Origin: the human T2T-CHM13v2.0 reference genome, Homo sapiens
Assembly (NCBI RefSeq): GCF_009914755.1
Contig: NC_060933.1
Strand: one strand, 5' to 3'
DNA: 64,000 nucleotides
Below are positions 13,765 through 27,826 of the stretch, piece by piece (position 1 is the stretch's first letter; the number at the start of each line of letters is the position of its first letter). A program made the position numbers and the translations under genes. The notes under the pieces were generated by a model that searched no databases, was not told the origin of the DNA, and saw only the letters and a list, made by a program, of their open reading frames with translations.

Positions 13765-16700
13765 TTAGTTTTTATTTTTAATTTTTATGAAAACATAATA
13801 GTTGTACATATTTATAGAGTACCTGTGATATTTTGATACAAGCATACAGTGTGTAATGATCAGATATGGGTAACTGGGATATTCATTACCTCAAACATTT
13901 ATTGTTTCCTTGTGTTGAGAAAGTTGTGAAATACAAAATAAATTACTGTTAACTATAGTTGCCCTATTGTGGTACTAAACACTAGATCTTACTCCTTCTA
14001 TCTATCTAACTGTATTTTTATATCCATTAACCAACCCCTTTTCATGCCCTCCTCCCACTACCCTTCCCAGTTTTTGCTAAACACCATTCTGTTCACTACC
14101 TCCCATTTTTTTAGCCCACACATATGAGTAAGAGCATGATATTTGTCTTTCTGTACCTGGCTTATTTCACTCAACTTAATGTCCTCCAATTCCATCTATG
14201 TTGCTACAAATGACAAAATTTCATTCTTTCTTCTGGCTGAATAATATTCCATTGTGTATATATACCACATTTCCTTTACCCATTCATTCACTGATGGATA
14301 CTTAGGTTGATTCCATATTTTGGCTATTGTGAATAGTGCTGCTGCAATAAACATGGGAATGAAGATATCTCTCTGATACACTGAGTTCTTATCTTTTGGC
14401 CATATACCAACTAGTGGGATTGCTGGATCATATGGTAGGTCTATGGTTAGTTTTATTGACAAATCTCCACACTGTTTTCCAGTGTGGAGATTTCCAGTAG
14501 CTGTACGAATTTACATTCCTACCAGCAGTGTATGAGCATTTCCCTTTCTCCACATCCTCCTTATCATTTGTCATTTTCTGTCTTTTTGATAATAGCCACT
14601 TTAACTGGGGTGCAAGGATATCTCATTGTGATTTTGATTTGCATTTCTGTGATCATCAATCATGTTGAGCATTTTTTCATTTATGTGTTGGCCATTTGAT
14701 TTTCTTCTTTTGAGAAATATGTCTATTCAGATCTTTTATCCATTTCAAAATCAGGTTATTTGTTGTTGTTGTTGTTGTTGTTGTTGTTTTTGCTATTGAG
14801 TTGTTTGAGCATCATGGTGTATTCTGATTATTAATCCCTTATCAGATGAATACTTTGCAAATATTTTCTCCCATTCTGTAGGTTGTCTCTTCACGTTGTT
14901 GATTTTTTCCTTTCCTGTGCAGAAGCTTTTTCACTCGATGTAATCCCATTTGTCAATTTTTGCTGTGGTTTCCTGTGCTTTTGAGGTCTTACTCAATAAA
15001 TCTTTGCTCGGACCAATGTCCTGAAGGATTTTACCTAAGTTTTGTTCTAGTAGGTTCACAGTTTTGAGGCTTACATTTAACTCTGTAATCCATTTTGAGT
15101 TGATTTTTGTATATGGTGAGAGATCAGGGTCAAGTTCCACTCTTCTGCATATGGTTACTCAGTTTTCCCAGCACCATTTATTAAAGATACTGTTCTTTCC
15201 CCAGTGTATGTTCTTAGGGCCTTTGATGAAAATCAGTTGGCTATAAATACATGGATTTGTTTCTGTGTTCTCTATTTCATTCCTTTGGTGTATATGTCTG
15301 TTTTTATGCCATAAACATGCTTTTTATTTTTTATCACTGCAGCTTTGTAGTATATTTTGAAGTCAGATAGTGTGATGTCTCCAGCTTTGTTCTTTTTGTT
15401 CAGGGTTGCTTTGTATATTCAGGCTTTTTTGTGATTTCACATGAATTTTAGGCTTGCTTTTTCTATATCTGTGAAGAATGCCACTTGATAGGAATTGTCT
15501 TGAGTCTATAGTTAACATTGGGTAGCATGGACATTTTAACAATATTAATTTTTCTAATTCATGAATATGAGTTTTTTTATTTTTTGTGTCCTCTTCAATT
15601 TCTTTTATCAGTGTTTTAAAGTTTTTATTGTACAGATCTTTTACCTCTTTGGTTAAATTTATTCCTAGGCATTTTATATTTGTGTAGCTAAGGTGAATGG
15701 GATTGCTTCCTTGATTTTCAGATTGTTCACTATTGGCATATAGAAACGCTACTGGTTTTTGTATGTTGATTTTGTATTCTGCCACTTTGCTGAAATAGTT
15801 AACCAGTTGTAACAGCTTTTTGGTGAAGTCTTTATAGCTTATCCTAAATATAAGATCATGTCATTTGCAAACAGTGACAATTTGACTTCCTCTTTTCCAA
15901 TGCCCTTTATTTCTTTTTTAATAGCTCTGTGTAGGACTCTTTCACCACTTTTCAATAAAAGAAAACGATGTGATTGACCACTTTTCAATAAAAGTGGTGA
16001 AAGTAAATATCCTTGTCTTGTTCTAGATCTTAGAGGAAGGATCTTAGGGAAAGTGAATATCTTTGTCTTGTTCTATGTTAGAGAAAAGGCTTTCAACTTT
16101 TCCCTATTCAGTACGATGTTAACTGTGGGTTTATCATATACTAACATTAATGTTTTAAGGTATGTTCCTTCTATACCTAATTTGTTGAGAGGGTTTTTTT
16201 TAATCACAAAGAGGAGTTGAATTTTATCAAACACTACTTCTGTGCCTATTGAGATAATCACAAGGTTTTGTTCTTTTTTCTCTTGATGTGATGTATGTGA
16301 TGTATCACATTTATTGATATTTGTAGGTTGAAGCATCCTTGCATCCCTGGGGGAAAATACCACCTGATCATGGTGTATAATCTTTTTTCTGTGCTGTTGG
16401 ATTTTGTTTTCTAGGGTTTTTTTTTTAAAGAGTTTTGCATTTATGCTCATTAAAAATATTGGCCTATAGTTTTCTTTTGTTGTGTCCTTGTCTGGTTTTG
16501 GTATCAGGGTAATGCTGGCCTTAAAAAAGATGTGGAAGCATTCTCTCCCCTTTGATTTTTCAAAATAGTTTGAGAATAATTGGCATTAGCTTATCTTTAA
16601 AAATTAGGTAGGATTCATCTGTAAAGCCATATGGTCCTAGACTTTTCTTTGTTAGACTTTTTATTACTGATTCAATCACATTATTAATTATTGTTCTATT

Positions 16701-18265
16701 CAGGTTTCCTGTTTCTTCATGGTTCAATCTTGGTAGGTTATATGTGTCCAAGAATATATCTATTTTATAAGTTTTCAATTTGTTGATGTAAGTTGTTCAT
16801 AATGGTCTGTAATGATCTTTTGTATTTCTGTTTTATCAGTTATAATGTCTCCTTTTTATCTCTGATTCTATTCCATTGAGTTTTTCTTTTCATTAGTCTA
16901 CCTAAAGATTTGTTGATTTTGTCTACCTTTTCAAAACAATATTTTCATTTGGTTGATCTTTCATATTTTTAGTCTCAATTTTATTTATTTTTGTTGTGAT
17001 CTTTAGTATTTCTTCTTCCTGTAATTTTGGGCTTGATTTATTCTTGCTTTTCTAGTTTCATGAGGTGCATCATTATATTTGAAATCTTTCTACCTTTTTA
17101 TATAGGCATTTATTTCTATAAACTACCCCTCTTAGTACTGCTACTGCTTTTGACATATAACGTAAATTTTGGTATGTTGTGTTTCTATTTTTATTTGTTT
17201 TAAGAAATTCTTAAATTTTATTTTTAATTTCGTTATTTGCCCATTGGTTGTTCAGGAGCATGTTGTATTGGTGCATTTTCCAAAGTTCCTCTTGTTACTG
17301 ATTTCTAGTTTTATTCCATTGTGGTCAAAAAAGATACTTGATCTGATTTTAATTTTTAAAAATGTGTTGAGACTTGTTTTGTGGCCTAACGTATGGTCTA
17401 TGCTGAAGAATGCTCCATATGCTCATGAGAAGAATATATACACATTCTCCAGCTGTTGAATGACATTTTCTGTAAAAGTTAGGTTTATTTGCTCTAGAGT
17501 GTAGTTTAAGTCCAATGTTCCTTTGCTGATTTTCTCTTTGGATGATCTGTTCAGTGCTGAAAGTAGGGTGTTGAAGTCTCCTATTATTGAAATGCAGTCT
17601 GTCTCTCCCTTTAGATCTAATATTTGCTCTGGTGTTGGGTGGGTATATACTCATAATTGTTATACCTTCTTGCTGAATTGATGCTTTTATCATTATATAA
17701 TAACCTCCTTTGTCTCTTTTTAGGATTTCTAATGTGAAGTCTATTTTATCTGATAAAACTACAACTACTCCTGCTTTCTTTTGCTTTCCATTTGCATGGA
17801 ATATCTTCATGTGTCCTTACGGGTGAGGTGAGTCTTTTGTAGGCAGCATACAGCTGGGTCTTTAAAAAAATACCTCATTTAGCCACTATGTATCTTTTAA
17901 CTGCAGAATTTAATCCATTTACATTCTAGGTTATTATTGACACGTATGAACTTACTCTTGCCATTGTTAAAGTGTTTTCTAGTTGCTTTGTAGAGCCTTT
18001 GGTCCTTTTTTCCTCTTTAGCTTTCTTCTTTTGTGGCTTCATGGCTCTCTGTAGTAGTATGTTTTGGTTCTTTTCCTTTTATCTTTTGTGTATCCATTAC
18101 AGGCTTTTGCTTTACGACTACCCTGTGGCTTACGTAAAACATGTTATAACAGGTTAATTTAAGCTGATAACAGTTAATTTTGATTGCATACACAAACTTT
18201 TCACTCTAACTTCCTTTTCTCCCATGTTTGATGTTTTTGATGTCACACTTTACATCTTTTTATAA
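13765..18265 (-). mobile_element. ~4.5-kb L1MA (3'UTR through degenerate ORF2)
   Basis: Minus ORFs carry ORF2p remnants: KIFHANGKQKKAGV (endonuclease), IIHHDQV and [35 protein letters not shown]; many stops and frameshifts. Confidence 0.95.
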
Positions 18266-19094
18266 TAACAAAAATAACATAAGTAATAATTTCATATAAA
18301 ATAATATAAACAAAAATAATAGGCCTCCTCAGCCACTCAGGCCTTTGCTGCTCCTCCAGAGAGGGACTTGCAAACATTCAAAGAATTTGCATGCCATCGA
18401 CAAGGCCAGGAAGAACTGTGACTGGATTCACAAGCCCTTCCCAGGCCTTACTGGGCATCCTTACCTGGTGCCCACAAACAGGGAGTACTTAGAACATATT
18501 TTCTGGTGCCTCTGATGACAGGCACTGCTTTGGACTGGAGTGGAAAGTAGGGCACCAAAACCATCCCTGGGGCCTTCACTTTATAGCCAGATGCAGTCCT
18601 CCCCCCAACCAGGGGTCTTAAGAAACTTTCTGGAGACTCATTGGGCCAACCAGACCCATGCAACAAGGTACCCTTCTCAGGCCTTCATACCTGGCCCCAT
18701 CTGAGCAGCCCCCAAGGCCTTCCTGACCACTGGCTCCCATCCAGGCTCTCCCCAGTTCCATGGTCCATTCAGATTTGTCCTGGCCTCCAGAGAGGGGTTT
18801 AGATACAATTTTGCAGGGTGCCTCCTATGACCAATCCCCACTCAGTCCACCAGGTGGAAGGGATGCCCTTCCTGGCCTCCATGACTAGTTAGGGAATGTC
18901 TCAGCTAGCTAATTGGGAAAGAGAAACGTTTTCGGGAGTGCTGTATGCAACTGTGCCCCACGCAAAACTGTAGCCATGTCAGAGACCCTTCCTGGAGGCT
19001 CCCTGTGCAGCTTTGACTGATCTCTGTAGGAAATACAGACATTCCCATAGGGGAAGTGAGAAACTCTTGGAGCCATTAGTGGTACTTTTGTTTT

Positions 19095-20855
<1,761 letters not shown>

Positions 20856-21264
20856 AAGGCATTCATGGTATCGCACTATGATTCTAATTTGCATTCTCAT
20901 GAATTTGCTATTTTCATTTACTATTTCATCATGGACATTTTTCCATGTTACTACATGTAAGTCTACCGCCCTGAAGAAATAAACCAAAACATAAATTAAC
21001 GGTATTGTATAGATGTACCAGAATTTTTTAAACCTGGCTCCTCTGAATGGCTATGTTTTCTTTATTTTTTGTTATTACAAGTAATGGTGAAATCAGTATT
21101 CTTAACATCATACATGTATTTGCACCGATGTTCCCCACACCCATTTGTTGTCATTTGACTTTGTCCTGGTACGTGCACAGATAAATTTTCTTTAAACTTT
21201 ATGCTATCAAGTTAATCAATCGTGTCCTTGATGGCTTTTGAGTTGTCTTTGTTGTATACATGCC

Positions 21265-21398
21265 TTTTTATTTTTATTTTAAGAGACAGCGGTCTATTTA
21301 TGTTGCCCAGGCTGGTCTCAAACTGCTAGCCTCAAGCGATCCTCTCGCCTCAGCCTCCCAAGTCGCTAGGATTACAGGCGTGAACAACCGTGACGGGC
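21265..21398 (-). mobile_element. FLAM_C-like Alu monomer retaining many CpGs
   Basis: gttgcccaggctggtctcaaact...caagcgatcctctcgcctcagcc. Confidence 0.85.
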
Positions 21399-21479
21399 TC
21401 TGTTCTATGCTTTAAAGATCTTCTCTGTTCAGAAATTTTAGAATTAAAGTGTTTTCAACAAAGCTTTCATGGTTGCAGT

Positions 21480-22350
21480 TTTTCATCGCATACCTGAGGG
21501 CGCGGTATTTTCTAAGTCCGCTTGCGCGGCTCTGGAAAGCCCGGCCTGGCAGGGCGCCCGGCCCGCAGGCTCGCGGTTAGCTTTTCCACGGGCCAGACTG
21601 GGAGTCACGTAGGGAGAGTCTGTATTCTTCCCAGCAGTCAGCCTTCCCTTATGCTGCTGGGGATGCGTCGTGGTGACCTGGAGCTCCAAGAGGAGCCAGA
21701 CGCGCTCCACCCACCCAGGTCTGAGAAATGCGATCCGACATGGACTGCAGCCCTTTGCTCCGGTTGTCGGGCTCCACCTGGCGGTCGATGTTACCTATTG
21801 CACTTGTTCTCTGGAGCTCCCGCGAGAGAGAAGTGGCCACTGTGCACCGGGTCGAGTTCCAGGATGTCCCTAGCGTTAGCAGGATTGTTCCGCCCGCTGG
21901 CAAAGCATTCGCTCCCCATCTGTTCGTGGAAGCTTGGACCTGCAGCTTAAGCTCGGAGGAGGCTCTTAGCCCTGGATGCTCTGTGGTGGGGCAACATGCG
22001 GGTCGACCAGCAACCCCCAGTGCCTGCCCCTCCAACACGAGACCTATCGGGGTCAACACGAACCATCTTGAAAGGGTGTTTGGAGGCCTCCCCGCGTGTG
22101 TCCCCATACCAGTACCTTCCATTTGACCCCATTTTCCTCAAGTTCTGCCTCAGAGGTGGCGACCGGCAGCTGTACTCAGAGGACGTGGAGGGGGCTCCAC
22201 CAGCCTGGGCTAGGTCCTGCGTCCGTCCGCATCCTCAGACCTGCCTTTTCTGAGACCCGCTTGGGAGGTGACAAAGGACTGGAGAAGAACCAGGTGCCCC
22301 GGGGAGGGCGTCTCAGATTCTGTCTGTGTGGAGCAGGACCCTGACGCCAC
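21480..22350. promoter_or_regulatory. CpG island / candidate promoter and first exon
   Basis: GC-rich non-repeat block with dense CpG against CpG-depleted flanks; minus-strand donor CAG|GTATGC at 21494/21493. Confidence 0.65.
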
Positions 22351-22924
22351 GGGGAGGTTCCTTATGTTTTTGGCCTCTTCCCACATACCTTAACCTCTTC
22401 CCAAATACTGGGAACCCCAGGGTTCATTTGGCTGCTGAAACTGTCCAAGCTCTAGGCTGCAGGCACCAACCTATTCCAGTATAGTCCTTTGCTCCAGGAC
22501 ACCTGGGCCGCTTTCCTGAGGGAAGAACATTCTCTTTATCAGGCAGAGACCCTGGCCACCCATGCCATTCACAAGCTGTTCCTGCCAGATCTGCCGGCAC
22601 TCAGTCATCCTGGGCCATCAGGCTACTGAGTTCCGGGAGATGGTGAATGTTCAGGGTGCTTGTGTGGCCGGCCAGAGGTGTCAGAACCCCAAGTAGCTGG
22701 GAAGTAGCCAGAGGAAAGCCAAGTCCCCAGTCATCTGATGCTAACCTCGAAATTCTCATCCTTCTCCTTCCTCGTGCATTGCTCCTTCCAGGCATTCTTT
22801 AATCACAGCTGTGTTGGAGGCTGGGATTCCAGACCCAGCACTAACAGGGTACAGCCACAGCTGCAGCATCTCACAGTGACCTAGAGCCTGGCCCAGCTAC
22901 CCAACTCAGGCAGTTCATCTAGCA

Positions 22925-23055
22925 CAGCATCCCTGGGAGGTGGCCACTGTGAGATTCACTTCGGATTAGGAACTGAGGCTCCAAAGCCACAAATGACTTG
23001 CCCAACATCAGGCAGAAGGATTAGAATTTAGGTCTGCCGGCCTCTAAAGCTGTCT
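22925..23055 (-). mobile_element. MIR fragment
   Basis: gaactgaggct...aatgacttgcccaa core. Confidence 0.65.
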
Positions 23056-23714
23056 CTCAAAGAATAGACCATCAACCAAGGAGACAGGTTATTTCCAGGT
23101 AATACAATGAAGTAATGTAACTACAAAGAAGGATGAGTAATCATGGTGGGGGCAGGATGGGGGGGGGCTGTCCCTGCATCTATCTCTTCTCTTCCTCCTG
23201 CCCCCAGGCCCAGCCACTGAACACGCTCCTGGACCTTGACGTGCTGGGCTTCCATGTTGTCCTGTCTTGGCTCAGACACCACAGAAGGATCACTCCCCTT
23301 CCAGTGATAATGGAGTTCTTCATTACTAAAAGTGTACAGTCATGAAATCCATTACTAACCCTGAGACTCTCAGGCAAGAGGTGACAGGTCAGCTAAGTGG
23401 GAGAACAGTAGCAAAGTCTAATGGAATAAGACGGGGAGGCTTCCAATCAGAGAAGGACAGTAAACACAGATACAAGCTGGGTGGCCTCCACACCTGTATT
23501 CAGTCCCCCAAGGTACTGTGGGGAAGAAGACATCTGCAACTCAGTAAAATCACATCTAAATCCTCAAAAAGGATTCTTCTCCTCTATACATTAGTCAAAA
23601 CCCTCATGGGTACTTTATCCAGATATGAACATAAAATAGTATTTTCTGCACATCTAATTAGCAATAATTCAGGACCATTACAATAGTCCAGGTGGCGAGG
23701 ACCAGTGAGATCCT

Positions 23715-24065
23715 TTGATGCTTCTCTTGAAAAATGTACATGGTGCCATTTTTTGCAGCATCATTTGGCAATATGTATTAAGAAGCTGTAAAATATTTAC
23801 AGCCTTTGACCTACAAATTGTACCTCTGGGAATTTTTAGGAATATAATATTCAGAGATACTGACAAAGACCTGTGTACAGAATGTTCATTGCAAACCAGC
23901 TCTGTTCTATGCTTTAAAGAGCCCATTATTCACAATAGCTGAAAATTGGAAGCAACTTCCATGACCAATGAATAGGAAAAAAGTAGAGAAAATCGCTGGG
24001 GTGGGGGGACTCTACAATAAAAATCATAATGCTTTCCAAATGTTTTAGAAAGAATGTTGATGCTA
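23715..24065 (+). mobile_element. L1ME 3' fragment
   Basis: cctttgacc...aatt..acctctgggaattt; aatgttcattgca...attattcacaatagc. Confidence 0.7.
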
Positions 24066-24094
24066 CGGGGGAAATGAGGGAGCTTCCTAATGAA

Positions 24095-24720
24095 GCATAT
24101 TAAACTTAATAGATCTCAAAGGCGACTCTTGTTTTCACACTCAAATATGGCTCTTCCTTTTCTTCTCTCAGTGAAAAGCACTGAGTTGGGAAAAGTCCCC
24201 ATCTTCTCCCAGTTTCTCAAGTCAAAAATCTAGAATTTGTTCTTGATTCTTTCCTTTCTCTCTCACTGGACAGCCACTGCTACAATCAGTCCTGCTGGGG
24301 CTGCTTTCAAATGAATACCTCTGGGCCATCCCCTTCCCTATCTTCACCCTCCCCCTTCCTCATCTTCCTCTCCTCCCTCTTCCTCCCTCCTTGTCCCTTA
24401 TCTACTCCCTCCCCTCCTTGCCCTTCTCTTCATCTCCCTTCCCCTATTACTCCCTCCTCTCCCTATCTGCTCCTGTCCCTCCCCTTCCCACCCCACCTTA
24501 CCCGGCCATCACTTCATTCTCACTAGGTCTCCTCTCTCAGGGATGACCCCAATGTCCTTCTGCTACTTGAGGGGTTCCCAGCTTCCTTCTTTAGCCCAGA
24601 GCCCCTTCTGTGCCCACAGCCAGAGGCCTCCCATGGAATGTAAGTCCTTCACTCACTCCCTGTTGGACTCCCCACCAGTGGATTCCTTGCTACTTAGAGC
24701 AAAACACAAAGCTCTTCCTG
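24095..24720 (+). mobile_element. L2 fragments flanking a CT-rich low-complexity tract
   Basis: cccagtttctcaagtcaaaaatctagaa..tcttgattcttt L2-like; polypyrimidine 24325-24500. Confidence 0.6.
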
Positions 24721-25429
24721 TGGAACTGAGCTTCGACTGGTGGGGGACATAAGAGGCAGCCACTGGTCCAACCAGCCAAGGCCTAAAGCTCGCAGAAGAG
24801 AAATTCTCATTAGCAGAATTTTCAGTCGTTGGAGCTGAGCTGCAGGATGTTTGAGTGTGGACACCTAGCACAAAATGTACCAATGGGGGGCTGGTCCGAG
24901 TCTTTAGTCCCCTACCATGCTCCCTACCTCTGTACTGTGTGCTCCTGTCACTCTAGCTTCCTTCTGCATGGAATGCCTCCTTTCTGTTTTCTGTGGTCAC
25001 ACCTCTGCACTGAGCCCCATGAGACCCACCAACTTCAGAAGCTGCCCCTGACACCTCTGGCAGTAGGCAGGTGTGTCCTGTGCTGTCCATGCCCTTCCTT
25101 TGTACCTATAAGCTGGTGACTCTGTTCTGTAGATAGTTAGGTCCCTGTCTCATCTTCCCAGCCGGACTGTGAGGTATTCATGGTGGGATCTATGTCTGAT
25201 CCATCTCAGGGAGTCCCGTGGAGCTTGACCTAATGCCTGGCATGTGGGAATCCCAGAGAGGAAACAGTATGTGCAAATGCTGGAGATCTGATGGCACCTG
25301 TGGCAATACGGAAGATTCCATGTGTGTAAAGGGCAACAAAATAGAGCAGTATTAGATAAAATAAATATTCTTGAGTGCATACTGATATAAATAAATGATT
25401 AAATAAGTTAATGAATGAGGGAAAGGAGA

Positions 25430-25625
25430 TAAATTCACATGCAGGATTTCAAATGAATTATGTTATATATTCCATCCCAAAGGAGGGCGAGAATAACTCC
25501 CCACTCCTTAAGTGTGGGCTGCACACAGTGACTTATTCTCCAAAGAGGACGGTATGGAAGAGGGGGAAAAGAGAAACTGCAGTGGAGAATCCTGATGAGC
25601 ACTACCTCTGCCAGGTCTTTAGTGA
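25430..25625 (+). mobile_element. L1MC/MD 3'UTR fragment
   Basis: ataactccccactccttaagtgtgggctgcac...gtggagaatcctga. Confidence 0.7.
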
Positions 25626-25739
25626 TGTCAGTCATCCCCTTTTTATATTCATAATTTTCTCTTTTTTCCCAATCAATCCAGCTGGAGATTTGTCGTTTTC
25701 ATTGATTTTTCCCAAAGAACACGTTTTTGGATTCATTGA

Positions 25740-26125
<386 letters not shown>

Positions 26126-26927
26126 GATATTCTTAAATTAGAAACTGAGATTGCTGATATGAGACCCTTCTTCTTTTCTAATATAGTAATATCATAAATT
26201 TCCCTTCAGGTACTTCTTCAGTGACAACCGACAAATTCTATGTTGTTTTTCTATTTCCAGTAACTTCAAATAACTTTCTAATATTCCTTTAGATTTCTTC
26301 TTTGACCTATGAGTTATTTAGAAGTGAGTTAATTTCCAATTTTTAAAGGATCTTTCTGTTACTGGTTTTTAATTTTATTCCATTGTGACCTGAGAACATA
26401 TTTTGTAGTTGAATACTTTTTAATTTATTGAGGTTTTTAATGGGCTATAATGTGGTCTATCTCCATAAATATTCCGTGCACAGTTGACAAAATGTGTATT
26501 TTGCTTTTATAGGGTGGAGTATTCTATAAATATAAATCAGGTCAGGTTAGTTGATGGTGTTGTTCAAGTCTAATACATTCTTGCTGATTTATTGCCTATT
26601 TATTCTATGAAGTGTTGAGAGTGGGATTAAAATCTCTGATGGTTATCTCTATCTCTACGTATTGTTTTATTACTTTTCTTCATACGTTTTGAAGCTTTGT
26701 TGTTAGGTACAAAAACACATAGGTTTGTTATGTCTTCTTCGTTAACTAACCACATTATCAGTAAGAAATAATCTCTTTATTCCCTGGTAATAGTCTTTGC
26801 TCTGAAGTCTATTTTGGCATTCGTATAGCCACCTCAGCTTTCTTTTGACTAGTCTTGGCATGGTATATCTTTTTCCATCCTTTTACATCTAACCTATTTG
26901 CATCTTTATATTTAAACTACATTTCTT

Positions 26928-27237
26928 GGCCAGGTGTTGTAGCTCACACCTGTAATCTCAGCACTTTGGGAGGCCAAGGCAGGTGGATCACCTGATTTCA
27001 GGAGTTTGAGACCAGCCTGGCCAAGATGGTGAAACTCTGTCTCTACTAAAAATGCAAAAATTATCTGGGTGTGGTGGCAGGGGCCTGTATTCCTAGCTAT
27101 TTGGGAGGCTGAGGCAGGAGAATCGCTTGAACCTGGGAGGCAGAGGTTGCAGTGAGATCACGCTGTTCCACTCCATTGCACTCCAGCCTGGGCAACAAGA
27201 ACAAAACTCCATCTCCAAAAATAAGTAAATAAATAAA
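26928..27237 (+). mobile_element. AluSx-like
   Basis: Full dimer; TSD-like tacatttctt on both sides. Confidence 0.95.
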
Positions 27238-27826
27238 GTACATTTCTTGCAAGCAAAATACAACCAACTTTAAAAAACATCCAATCTGACAACCTGTCTT
27301 CTAAATCAATTTAAATGTAATGTAATTCCTAATATGGTTGAGTCTCTTATCTTGCTATTGTTTTCTACTCATCCCATCTGTCCTTTATTCTCTTTTACGT
27401 CTTTTTCTGTCTTCTTTTGGATTTACCCAATATATTTTTATGATTCCATTTGATCTCCTTTGTTAGTTTAATAGCTATAATCTTTTGGTTTGTTATCTTA
27501 GTCGTGGCTCCAGGGTTTACAGTGTACATCTTTAACGGATCACGGCCGACCTTCAGGTGACAGTAGATCACATCAGGTACAGTTTAAGAATCTGAGAATA
27601 GTAAACTTCTCCCCTTTTAGTCTTTAAGCTCTTATTGTCATCCATTTTACTTTTACATATATTATAAACTGCATATTACTTTATTTTCTAAACAATTATC
27701 TTTTAGAGAAGTTTAAATAATATAAAGTATATATCCATGTTGTTACTATTTCTGGTATAGATACACGATGTTACTATTTCTGGTGTAGACCATTTCTTTG
27801 TGTGGATCCAGATTTCCATCTGGTAT

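Noticed and set aside
13765-18265. L1 ORF2-like ORFs as a functional reverse transcriptase
   Set aside because: Numerous stops and frameshifts; no 5'UTR or ORF1
21397-23920. 22-bp direct repeat read as the TSD of a 2.5-kb insertion
   Set aside because: An L1ME fragment runs continuously across the right copy and there is no A tail, so a small templated insertion fits better
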